Assembly (NCBI GenBank): GCA_030390025.1
Contig: CM059433.1
Coordinates: forward strand, 7,070,001-7,134,000
Origin: Squalus acanthias
Lineage: Eukaryota
Length of the DNA: 64,000 nt
Direction: 5' to 3'
A model generated the notes under the pieces. The model searched no databases, was not told where the DNA came from, and worked only from the letters and a program-made list of their open reading frames with translations. Position numbers and translations under genes: made by a program. Position 1 is the stretch's first letter; each line of letters opens with the position of its first letter. Positions 36,436 through 48,359 of this stretch are shown here, in pieces.

Positions 36436-36771
36436 GTGATAATGACCAGATAATCAGTTTTTAAGGTGTTGGTTGACTGATAAATATTGGCCAGGACACC
36501 GGTGAGAACCAGCACCATTTTCTACTGGTAGAGTGGAAAATGTTATTTGCACAGGTCAAATTGATTGATTAGATTTTTTTCCCCCCAAATCAGTCAAAAG
36601 TCTGCCAAAAGTACTTGAAACCTGGATGATTGATCCACCCCCATTATTTCACATAAAAACCTATGTTTTGTGATATGGATTGCAACCAGTCTGCCTGAAT
36701 GGTACACTGGCTCTTTTGCAAACAAATATCATAAGGCAGCAGTGCATGTATACGTATCACTCCCAGGTATC

Positions 36772-38177
36772 ACTGCCCAGGTATGTCCTGTCTACAAAAA
36801 GCAGGACAAATCCAATCCAGCCAATTACCGCCCCATCAGTCTACTCTCAACCATCAGCAAAGTGATGGAAGGTGTCGTCGACAGTGCTATCAAGCAGCAC
36901 TTAGTCACCAATAACCTGCTCACTGATGCCCAGTTTGGGTTCCGCCAAGACCACTCAGCTCATGGACAAAGGAGCTGAATTCCAGAGGTGAGGTGAGAGT
37001 GACTGCACTTGACATCAAGGCAGCATTTGATTGAGTGTAGCATCAAGGAGCCCCAGTAAAACTGAAGTCAATGGGAATCGGGGGGCGGGGAAACTCTCCA
37101 CTGGCTGGAGTCATACCTAGCACAAAGGAAGATGGTTGTGCTGGTTGGAGGTCAATCATCACAGCCCCAGGACATCGCTGCAGGAGTTCCTCAAGGCAGT
37201 GTCCTAGGCCCAACCATCTTCAGCTGCTTCATCAATGACCTTCCCTCCAACATAAGGCCAGAAATGGGGATGTTTGCTGATGATCGCACAGTGTTCAGTG
37301 CCATTCACAACTCCTCAGATAATGAAGCAGTCCATGCCCGCATGCAACAAGACCTGGACAACGTTCAGGCTTGGGCTGATAAGTGGCAGGTAACATTCGC
37401 GCCACAGAAGTGCCAGGCAATGACCATCTCCAACAAGCGAGAGTCTAACTACCACCCCTTGACATTCAATGGCATTACCATCGCTGAATCCCCCACCATC
37501 AACATCCTGGGGGTCACCATTGACCAGAAACTTAACTGAACCAGCCACATAAATACTGTGGCAACAAGAGCAGGTCAGAGGCTGGGTATTCTGCAGCGAG
37601 TGTCTCACCTCCTGACTCCCCAAAGCCTTTCCACCATCTACAAGGCACAAGTAAGGAGTGTGATGGAATACTCTCCACTTGCCTGGATGAGTGTAGCTCC
37701 AACAACACTCAAGAAGCTCAACACCATCCAGGACAAAGCAGCCCGCTTGATTGGCACCCCATCCACCACCTTAAACATTCACTCCCTCCACCACCAGCGC
37801 ACCGTGGCTGCAGTGTGTACCATCTACAAGATGCACTGCAGCAACTCGCCAAGGCTTCTTCGGCAGCACCTCCCAAACCCGCGACCTCTTCCACCTAGAA
37901 GGACCAGGGCAGCAGGCGCATGGGAACACCACCACCTCCAAGTTCCCCTCCAAGTCACACACCATCCTGACTTAGAAGTACATCACCAATCCACAATCGT
38001 CGTTGGGTCAAAATCCTGGAACTCCCTCCCTAACAGCACTGTGGGAGTACCTTCACCACACGGACTGCAGCAGTTCAAGAAGGCAGCTCACCATCACCTT
38101 CTCAAGGGCAATTAGGGATGGGCAATAAATGCTGGCATTGCCAGCGACGCCCACATCCCATAAATGAATAAAAAAAA
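36772..38177 (+). mobile_element. CR1-clade LINE, 5'-truncated RT region ('HHHLLKGN' family)
   Basis: NYRPISLLSTISKVMEG, QFGFR, GVPQGSVLGPTIFSCFINDL, MFADD; stops and frameshifts; A-tail. Confidence 0.93.
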
Positions 38178-39026
38178 CCTCACTGACTTATTCACACCAT
38201 CACCTTTTATTCGCATCTGAGTTTTGATAACAGCTGATGAGGTTGATAAGCAGTTGATAAACTAAAAGTGCTATTAACATAGCTTTCGTCATGTAAGAGA
38301 TTCCAAGATCAGCACTATAAAATACCTGGACAGCATTGTGACAAGAGAATACAGCAAACTATACAGAGCAAATCTAGTTAAAAATGAAGTAAGCCACGTA
38401 AGAAATGCTTGTCAGTGAACATTTGCTTGTCTTAGCATAGGCGGTAAGTATTTGGTGAGTTTTTTCTATTTACAAAATGCTGAATTGTGTTTAAAATTGT
38501 GGACCAGCGCATTAGAAATCTACATGAATAAAAAGTTTCAAACATTTACAGACATTTCAGTCATCTACACTCGTCATGTCATAGTTTCTAGCCTCTGTAT
38601 GTACCTATGGCCCCTTTTGTGGTAATAAGGGTTGATGACCTAGTTTGTTGCCTCTTGGTGCATTCACACGACAAGCTTAGCATCAAGCTGTTTTGGCTTC
38701 ACAATGAGAGTAAAATAAGATGTAAATCAGATGTTAAAACACTAACAAACTCTGAAACAAAGCAGATTCAGATTATCTCCTCCAGGAAGTCTAACTCCCT
38801 TTACTCTGGTGTCATGTTCGGCCCTGGCTCTGCATTCAGGATTCAATTACACTATCACTGCCAGTGGCTTCACTACGGACTGATGCTACAACTGTAATGT
38901 TAATGCACTCTTTGCTTCTAATGCCACGGTATTCCGAGGGCCCATCTTGCCAACTGTCCATTTATTACAACAACCTCCCTCCTCCATATTTATCTCATTC
39001 TTTTTATGCAGAAAATCCCAGTCATT

Positions 39027-40803
39027 GGCCGGAATTTTGCCAGCGCTGTGAGGACGGGATCGGAGGCGGGTCAGCTGTGAAAATAGAAATGATTGACAGC
39101 GGGTCGGGACTCCGCTGTCAACCCGCCTCCACGCAAGTCTCCCAGGTGTCGGGTCTGTCAGCGCTGAACAGATCCAACACCAAGCGGCGGGAGAGGCAAC
39201 TGACATCATTAAATGCATCGTTAACAGCCAATTAAGTATTATTTTCTGCCTACCTTTCAATTTTATGTGTTCCCCCACGGGTTACCCGCTGATTGGGGAA
39301 CACGTCAGCTCAGCATGTCGTGAGTGGATTCAGCATTGAATTATCTCATGACCTGACAGCTGCCAAAGTTGTATAAAAGATCCCATGTTACAGCTGTTCA
39401 CTTTCAAAGCTCAGAAACTGTTGGTTACTGCATTTGGAAGACAGATTGAGCTTTCTGCAGCTTGCAAGTGTTTGGAGTAAACTCTCTATCCAGTGCCACC
39501 TCATTGGAACAACCTCTCTCACCATTGACAGATCACTTCTGTCATCTCAACCTCAGCTACCATCTATTCCATCAGCATCGGTGCCCTTGAAAATATCTCA
39601 CCTTGGTCCTCAGAATCCCACCACGATCAGCCCCAACACCAGCATCACCGGGCACACCAGCAGCAACAACAACACCATCAACCTTCTCCGCAATAAACTG
39701 ATGCTGCACAGGACACAGAACATCAGCACCCGGCCACATTGCTGCCCAGGACGCCAGGGATGGCCTCACTATGTCCAGATTTACTTCACTTGACGCTGCA
39801 CGCCCTGGCTGCCACATGATGCGCCAGGTTGGCACCACCCCACACCAGCACCATAAAGCATCCCTACAATGTCCAAGCCATTCCTTTCACACTCATCACC
39901 ATTGCGGGGGGTACCCTTATGTCTCTCCATTCATTGCAACTCACTAAGCCACATCCAAAGGTGCACACAAATCTGTCCAAGAACACAAAGTGTTGAAAAT
40001 AAAAGTTTCAATGTTTGACAGCACGTTAACAGAAACTTCACATGAACATTGGCTAAAACACCCAAGTGCCTACCCTTGTGTGTTGTTAGTTGGTATGATT
40101 GGACTAGGATGAGGGTAAGTGTGAGGGGTGGCTAGTGAGATGGGGAAGTGATAATGTAGATAGAGGGGGATGGGTGGAGGTGCAAGGTAAGTTGGTGAGA
40201 GTAAAGATGTGCAGGAGTAAGGTAGGGAAGGCGGAGTGATGTAGATGTGATGAGTGGCACAGTAGGATGAGGTTGAGTGTGGCTTGTCAGTAACATTTCG
40301 TGATCTACTGAGATCATTGAAAGGTTCGTGCCACTGCAGCCTGGTCCTCCTGATGACATCCCTGCTTGTGCCCTCCTGTGCAATGTGCAACCAGGCTGCG
40401 TTGATCTCCTGGGGAGGTGTCTTCCACCCATTGAAAGGGAAGAGAACCTCCCTGCGTGCTGTGACTCCCTCCATAAGCATATGGGGGGTGTCACGGGAGA
40501 GCCTGGGTGCAGCCGTGCACCTTTGTGCAGTGCTTGTCAGTGTTTGCAGCACCTCAATGCTGCAGAACAGTGACAGCACAACTGTCAAAATCAATTTGGA
40601 CATGGCCCCTTTAAGGAAACCAGCTGATGACATGTCATCAGACTCGCTTCCTTTTAATTGGCCAGGAACCTCGCTGGGCGGTCTTAACAAGGCCCATCAT
40701 CGTGAAATCACTTCAACAGAGCGGGCTGGAGCAGGCAGCGGGCTCAGACCGCGCTACCGACCCCTGCCGCCCCGGACCCACCTCGGTAGGCGAAATCGCA
40801 GTC
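39027..40803 (-). mobile_element. Harbinger-derived deletion derivative with Myb exon-1 remnant
   Basis: Degenerate TIRs GGCCGGAATTTTGCC / GGCGAAATCGCAGTC with ATT on both sides. 40290-40490 (-) reads LMEGVTARREVLFPFNG...AWLHIAQE...RTRLQWHEPFNDLSRS. Confidence 0.75.
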
Positions 40804-42513
40804 ATTGTGTCTATATCAGTAAATCTAATAGGTCACCCAATGTGCAGAAATAGGCAGCTCCAAACTTACTAGTCTGATCAGCTTAGCAGAACCATTTTTC
40901 TGGTGGCAGTATTGTGATAAAGAAAGATGTACATCCAAATAACCTAGAACCTTGTCCCACGTTTCACCTTTCAACCTCACAAGTTGTAGTATAGTGAAGG
41001 GAAGAAGGGACCAAACCACCTGCTCTGCCTGATTTGGTATCTGGTTTCGAGATATTGGCAACTGGCAGTTAAAGCACATGGATTATAAATTACTTTACAA
41101 AGTCATTACAACCTTTAATTCAACCGATCATTTATTGGTGCGTTCCTCCTGACAATCCAGACACACCAGCTATTTTCGACTATGCCTTTGGTCACCTCTC
41201 CTACCTCTTCCATTTTTGCTCAGTGCCCATTTCTGTCCTGTGTGAGGTGCCTCGGGATATTTTTCTTTATTAAAGGTGCTATGAAATACAAGCATGTTGT
41301 TCTAGTAGCTGGGAATCATTGCTAATGGAATGGGTAGTAAATGACTGGTATATTGGCTATGGGACTGCAGCATGGATAGTTGTAGAATTGCTCTTCATTC
41401 ATAGCATAGATTGGAAACTTCACACAGGCATGGTCTGAAATGCAGCCCAGTGGAAAGATCTATATCCAAACTGACTAGTCATCTGACGAGCTGGACCTCC
41501 AAACGTACCTGATACTATATTTAATTATTTATACTATACTGTATTTTGTTTTTTTTTGCTGATTTGATATGGTTTAATGCAGTGCAAATTAATATGCAAT
41601 CAGATATCTAAATTACTAACATTCTGAACATGCATGTTCCTCAGTATAGTTTCAAACTTCTTTGGACCAAAGTATTCCTAAGGATAAGGTGGTCTTTTTG
41701 GCAATGGTTTATCATTAATTACATTTGTATTTCACCAGACTGTCAAATCCCATTGATAGCATTTGATCATCTAGCTCAAGATACATCAATCTCTTGACCA
41801 CCTCTTTCAGTTGCGACCATGAGAAATGACTAGGAAGCAAAGAAAAAACATTACTATGGACACACTGATCTCTCTTCCGTAGTTCCCAGTGATATCATAC
41901 AGCTGGTCCACTTTTTAACTAATACTCCAGAGGACTGATCTGATCCTGATGGTGGACTCAGGGAGCCGACCCACAAATTCAGCATGCATGCATTGCAGAA
42001 TTGAGTGGGTGGGTCCAAGCACTGGCAGCACCCCATACAACTAATTCCGCAAGTGTTACATTTTAAAGTTTTTGGAGGCCACCCTAAAAGCATACACTGT
42101 CCTCATGATAGCCCCAGATTTCATGTAGATTAGGATTAATTGGTCCCATGCAGAACGTGCATTGCTAACCTGTACCGTGGACCCACCCATGGTCAAACCT
42201 AAAACGGCAGACCCAACCTTAGTGTCGCCACAGGCTACTGTTTCTGTTTGATGCAGGTGGCACCCAGCAGTTGGAAACAGCCAAAGAAACCTCTTCTCAA
42301 GAGGATTCTTGGTGCCTCCAGTAGTACTGGCATTACTTTGTTTACTTTTTAAGGTTGCTTCCGACCGCACATTTGAGGTTGGAGGCAATCTTGGAACGTA
42401 AATGTGGTACGAAGGTAAATATAAGATCAAGGCATTTACGTTAAATCTAGCAAAACAGCCACGCTTAACTTTGTCCTCACCCAACATCATTGAAGCCAGT
42501 TGTAGCTCCAATA

Positions 42514-42875
42514 CGGCATGCTCTCACCTTTGAGTTAGAAGGTTGTGGGTTCAAGTCCCACTCCAGACACTTGACCGCATAATCTAGGCTGACACCTCAG
42601 TGCAGCACTGAGGGAGTGCTGCAATGTCGGAGGTGCCATCTTTTGAATGAGACGTTAAACTGAGGTCCCGTCTTCCCACCTAAGGTGGATGTAAAAGATC
42701 ACATGGCACTATTTGAAGAAGATTAGGGGAGTTCTCCCTGGTGTCCTGGCCAATATTTATCCCTCAACTGACATTACTAAAACAGATTATCTGGTCATTT
42801 ATCTCATTGCTGTTTAAGGGACCTTGCTGTGCCTGTTTCCTCCATTACAACAGGGACTCCACTTCAAAGTACTTC
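42514..42875 (+). mobile_element. tRNA-derived Deu-domain-type SINE (3' tail resumes at ~43610-43680)
   Basis: B box GGTTCAAGTCC; core GAGGGAGTGCTGCAATGTCGGAGGTGCCATCTTTTGAATGAGACGTTAAAC. Confidence 0.8.
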
Positions 42876-42879
42876 ATCT

Positions 42880-43185
42880 ATCTCTGTAACCTCCTGCCCT
42901 CTGAAATCTTTGCATTCCTCCAATTCTGGCCATCCCTGATTTTAATCGCTCCACCATTGGCAACTGTGCCTTCAGTTGCCTGGGTCATAAGCTCTGAAAT
43001 TCCCTCCCAAAATCTCTCCACCTCTCTCTCCTCCTTTAAAATACTCCTTAAAACCTACCTCTTTGACCAAGCTTTTGGTCACCTGTCCTAATATCTTCTT
43101 ACTTGGCTCAGTGTCAAATTTTGTTTGATAACATTCCTGTAAATCTCCTTGGTACATTTTACTACGTTAAAGTCTCTGTATAAAA
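42880..43185 (+). mobile_element. L2 LINE 3' end
   Basis: SSFKILLKTYLFDQAFGHL; matches 19038-19423. Confidence 0.8.
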
Positions 43186-43189
43186 AGAA

Positions 43190-43582
43190 AGACTTGCATT
43201 TATATAGCTGTCGTAATGTGGTAAACGCGGCAGCCAATTTGCGCACAGCAAGCTCCCACAAACAGCAATGTGATAATGACCAGATAATCTGTTTTGTTAT
43301 GTTGATTGAGGGATAAATATTGGCCGCTGGACACCGGGGATAACTCCCCTGCTCTTCTTCGAAATAGTGCCATAGGATTTTTACGTCCACCTGAGAGAAC
43401 AGACGAGGCCTCGGTTTAACGTCTCATCTGACAGACGGCACCTCCGACAGTGCTGCACTCCCACAGCACTGCACTGGAGTGTCAGCCTAGATTTAATGTG
43501 CTCAAGTCCCTAGAGTGGGACTGTGAACCCACGACCTTCTGACTCAGACGCGAGTGTGCTACCCACTGAGCCACGGCTGAAC
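43190..43582 (-). mobile_element. tRNA-derived Deu-domain-type SINE
   Basis: Minus strand: A box TGGCTCAGTGG, B box GGTTCACAGTCC, same Deu-like core. Confidence 0.82.
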
Positions 43583-44274
43583 ACTAAATGTAATTTGTTG
43601 TTGTTGTTGGTTGTAAAACATTTTGGGATGTTCTGAGGTTGTGAAAGGCACTATATAAATGCAAGCTCTTTCTTTCTTTCTTTCTATAGCATAGTATAAA
43701 TAAAACAGTATTGTTTTCTATGACTTATTGAATTGATTTCTGTGATTTGGTAAGTTTGTTGGTGTATGCAATTTTATTAGTGATTTATCCAAGTTTTGGT
43801 TTGTTTTAGCAAAGAACAGACATAGATTGATGGGCAGAATAGCCTCCTTCTGTGCTGTAAACTTCCACATTTGGTGGCCACAGTGCTTGTTAAATGAAAA
43901 TAAACACAATGGCCTGGATTTTAAGGTCAGTGGCAAAGGAACGGCGCTCGCCGTTCCAGCATGCTTACAGCTGCCCACCGGCTGTTCGTGGGCTTTTGAG
44001 CGGCAACTTGCTGTCATTGGGAGTCTGATCCAGCGCGGCGCCCTCTACAGGGAATCTGTGGTGTGTGCGGGCAGGAAAAGCAACAGCATGGCTCTTCAAC
44101 CAATCAGACACGCAGATTTTAGCCCAGAGGCACGTTCCGTTCAGGGGGTGTGGTTTTGAGGTCGTGAAAACCAGAAGAACGGCTTTCCCCAATGTTCTGC
44201 AGTTTTTAACTGCAGGGCTCCTTTACATTTTTTCGCTTACGCTTTGCGGAACACCTCCGTTCAGTCCGTAAGGG

Positions 44275-44845
44275 GGACCCCGAGCTCCCGGTGGCCTGTC
44301 ACTTTAATTCACCGCTTCACTCCCACTCTGACCTCACCGTCCTCGGCCTAATACACTGTTCCACGGAAGCTCAGCGTAAGCTCGAGGAACAGCACCTCAT
44401 CTTTCGTTTAGGCACGCTACAGCCCTCTGGACTCAATATCGAGTTCAACAATTTTAGATCATAACCTCAGCTCCAATCACATTTATATTTTATTTTATCC
44501 ACCCTTTTATTTGTCCCCCCCACCTTTTTTTTCCTCCTAGAAGCTGGCAGCTGTCCTTCATTCTGCCAGTAGATTTCACACTTCATTCAGCCTTAATCTG
44601 TCACATTAACACCACCTCTAGCCTTGCATATCTCTTAATGTCTCTTAATGTCTCTTCATCTCCTCCTTTGTTCCTTTATCCCCTCCCCCTTTTCCCAGCT
44701 TTACCCTGGCCTTAAATCTATTTGATTTCCAGCTCTTCCCAGTTCTGATGAAAGGTCATCGACCTGAAACGTCAACTCTCTTTCTCTCTCCACGGATGCT
44801 GCCTGGCCTGCTGAGTTTTTCCAGCGTTTTCTGTTGTTATTTTAC
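44275..44845 (+). mobile_element. Penelope-like element 3' fragment (GIY-YIG C-terminus plus pLTR)
   Basis: DPELPVACHFNSPLHSHSDLTVLGLIHCSTEAQRKLEEQHLIFRLGTLQPSGLNIEFNNFRS* (to 44463), then a pyrimidine-rich UTR and hammerhead. Confidence 0.88.
44741..44777 (+). ncRNA. Minimal type-I hammerhead ribozyme motif (family B, GUC site)
   Basis: AGUU-CUGAUGA-A-AGGUC(AUC)GACCU-GAAA-C-GUC-AACU: stem I AGUU/AACU, stem II 5 bp, palindromic ACGU stem III. Confidence 0.8.
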
Positions 44846-45467
44846 ATTTTTTCTGTCGGTTTCGCACTCACAGGCATCCTGATTGACAGGCTGGAGGCCT
44901 GTGGAACAGGAAGCCTGCAGCACAATGCTGCAACCGAGGAGAGCATGTAGGTCTAGTTGCGGGGGGTGGGGGTGTTGCAGGTCATGGGGGGGAGGGGGGT
45001 TCCAATCACGGGAGGTCCCGATCGTGGGTGGAATCCAATGGTGGCTGGGGATCGGATGGTGGTCAAGGCTTGGGAAACCCGGCTGATATGAGTTAAAAAT
45101 AGAATGACTGTTAAAATGAAAGCAGGCAGCCTCATTATAATATTTAAATGACCAACCTGCCTCCCGCGAGCTATAACTAGTGGGTAGGTGCAGCAACCTT
45201 ACGGCCTTTCATGGATTTCAATGCTGAGTCTATCGGCGAGCTACACAGTGTAGTGAAGCTTGTGGAGGAGCAGGGCAAATTGGACAGCAACTTTCCGGAT
45301 TTCCGCATTTAACTGCGCATGTGCAGATTCCGGAAGTTGCTGTCTGATTTACTCCATAATAAAGGTGAGCATGGATAGCCTCACCGTGATTCTTAACGCA
45401 AAATCCGGGCCTATAACAATTCAAGTACTGTACAAAAACAGGATGACACAAGGTGGCAAAATGGAAA

Positions 45468-46028
45468 CGGTAGCATAGTGGTAATGTTACTGGACTAGTA
45501 ATCCAGTAGGCCTGGACTAATGATCCTGAGACGTGAGTTCAAATCCCACCACGGCAGCTGGGGAATTTAAATTCAGTTAATTAAATAAATCTGGAATTAA
45601 AAAAAGATAGTAATAGTGACCATGAAACTATCGGATTGTCGTTAAAAACCCATCTGGTTCACTAATGTCCTTTAGGGAAGGAAATCTGCCGTCCTTACCT
45701 GGCCCACAGCAATGTGGTTGACTCTTAACTGCCCTCTGAAATGGCCTCGCAAGCCACTCAGTTATAACAATCCGCTACAAGAAACAATAATAAGAATAAA
45801 ACCGGCATCGACCTCAGCCCCGGCAACAGCATCGCCGTTCCTTCATCGTCGCTATGTCATAATCCTGGAACTCCTTCCCTAACAGCACCGTGGGAGTACC
45901 CTCACCACACGGACTGCAGCAGTTCAAGGAGGCGGCTCACCACCACCTTCTCAGGGCAACTAGGGATGGGCAATAAATGCTGGCCTTGCCGGCGATGCCC
46001 ACATCCCATAAATGAATATTAAAAAAAA
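45468..46028 (+). mobile_element. tRNA-like SINE head fused to the 3' end of the 'HHHLLKGN' LINE
   Basis: A box TAGCATAGTGG, B box GAGTTCAAATCC; 45830-46028 matches that LINE's 3' terminus. Confidence 0.7.
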
Positions 46029-47384
46029 TTAAGATGTTACAAGGTATTCTTTACAGTGTGATAACTACTGGATACCACATGGCTACTGCTTTGATATGTT
46101 TATAGGAGTGGAACAGGCAACCTAACAAAAGTACAAAATAACCAGAAATCTCAGTGCAAACCAAGTGATGTAGAAGCAGTCTTTATTGGTTACCAGTTGT
46201 TTAAAAAAATGAACAAAATATTTTTACCAACTAAATTTACATCTGATGAACTCAATGAGATTTTATAAATATTGCACTGTATCAGTAACCATGGGCTATT
46301 TATACAGTGAAAGTGCTGAGAAATGTCAATGTTAAAGGGTGGGGTACCAGGGCGTGCAGACGTAATTCAATCCCCCTTTTAAAGTCATATATTCTGTACT
46401 TATTTTTATGCAATATGCGATTTAATATTTTTTTTATTAAACATCTGCTCACATTTCCTGTCGACTTTTTCAATCATAAATTTCTATGTCCACATTTATA
46501 ATGGAAATTGCCTGTGTAAACTTGTCAAGCTGTAATTCCACCCTCCCACCAGAGGTAACACTGTAGCACCTCCACTGGCAGGCGACTGTAATTAAAGTGT
46601 GACACGCTTACATAGGCAGTTTGTGGTAGAAATGTGGATATAGGAATTTATATTGGATAAGACAGACAGATATATCTGCCATGAAAATACTAATCATATT
46701 TTATTAAACTGAGAACATAAATAGTGGTTTCCTCACCCAGTGCAGATAGATAAATAAAAAGAAAATTGCTGTCATTACATATCAGTTACATAAATGTGAA
46801 AAATTCTATACTGACATAAATGAACAACTTGTCGAAATAAAGAATCCCTTAAAGAACCCCTTGAATACAATTGCTTAGATGATTTTGCCTGTCCAATTTA
46901 TCACAGTTAAAGTTTGAAAATTAATGTTTTACTTTGCTTTGATGTTTCCATGCAAAATAAACAAATTCTGTTACCCCCCACAGTCTAATAATAGCTTCCT
47001 GGTGTTTCGTGCTAATGGTGTTCAGGCATTTTTCATTACATGGGCAGACAGACTTAAAAGCCAGGGAGGGAAACAGATCATACATGCAGGGAGATCCTAA
47101 CAGCAATATTGAAGGACACAGATGGCATGATGACGAGTGAGAGGGACAATAGGATTTCCAGGAATGGAGCTGTTGCCAAGGCCAAAGTTACTGAGGAAGG
47201 AGATCCTTTAGAGATGCAAGGTAGCAAATGTATGGTACGAAGTCATGGGTAACTGCAGTTTTCAACTGTGTTTCATGAATCCTGAATTTTGTGTTTATTG
47301 TGTTATAAATGTTATTTGAAGGGACATATAATAGTGTTGGTGAGGAAACTATATGGCCGATAGCTTTTCTTACCTTATTTTTAT

Positions 47385-47725
47385 TATTCATTCACAGGAT
47401 GTAGACGTCGCTGGCAAGGCCAGCAGTTATTGCCCATCCCTAATTTCCCTGGAGAAATTGGTAGTGAGCCACCTTCTTGAACCGCTGCAGTCGGTGTGGT
47501 GAAGGTGCTCCCACAGTGCTGTTAGGGAGGGAGTTCCAGGATTTTGACCCAGCGACAATGAAGGAACGGCTGATATATTTCCAAGTCAGGATGGTGTGTA
47601 ACTTGGAGGGGAACTTGCCGGTGATGGTCTTCCCATGTGCTTGCTGCCCTTGTCCTTCTAGGTGGTAAAGGTCACGGGTTTGGGAGGTGCTGTTGAAGAA
47701 GCCTTGCCGAGTTGTTGCAGTGCAT
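47385..47725 (-). mobile_element. 'HHHLLKGN' LINE 3' fragment
   Basis: Same orientation and sequence as 21740-22090. Confidence 0.85.
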
Positions 47726-48359
47726 ATATTACCTATCTATATATATGCAAATTATCCAGTTGTTTGAGGCAATTAGAAAACCTGTGACTTTTTTTGCACT
47801 TACATTTGAAGTGTGATATCTACTATATACAAAACATTTAATTATACAGTTATTTCTGTTTTAAAAAATTAAAGCTTACCATCCAGTGCCTGGACTTCAC
47901 ACTGGGACTGACATATCCTAGTGCTTCCAGGGCTGGGTGCTGAAATATCGTGGCCAATTTTCCTGTGATTATCACCCAGTAAATGTTTATTCCTCAGGCA
48001 GCGAGTACAGGAAATAAGGCGGAGGCACTTGGCATCAAGGACTAGAAATTGGATATGGCCTGAAAACGGGCGGTGTCATGGCACAGCGCTATTTAGCTGC
48101 TCAGGGTCAAAGTGGTCCAGGTCGCACGCAAAATTCGTGCTGACCATTTACACGTTTATAGTGCTGATCTCTGTGCTAAACGCGCTGCTGATTGGCTTAC
48201 CGCTCAACAGGTGGGCCAATATTGGGTGCAGTCTAATTGCAAATAGTGTTTGGCTGAAGCTTTTTCCACTACGTAAAGGGGAGGTGCTTTGATGCAGCAG
48301 CACCTCATTGTCATTGTATTTTGGAGCTCCACTTGGATTCACAACTGAACTTGCAAGAG

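Larger units (their letters stand above)
43911..45411. mobile_element. Harbinger-type MITE related to 1013-1792, containing a PLE insert
   Basis: TIRs GGCCTGGATTTT / AAAATCCGGGCC; both subterminal regions align with 1013-1792 in opposite orientation. Confidence 0.78.

Noticed and set aside
39019..40807. 9-bp direct repeat CAGTCATTG suggesting a hAT/Mutator-type TSD
   Set aside because: The right copy overlaps the degenerate TIR, and the internal Myb remnant plus ATT flanks fit Harbinger better.
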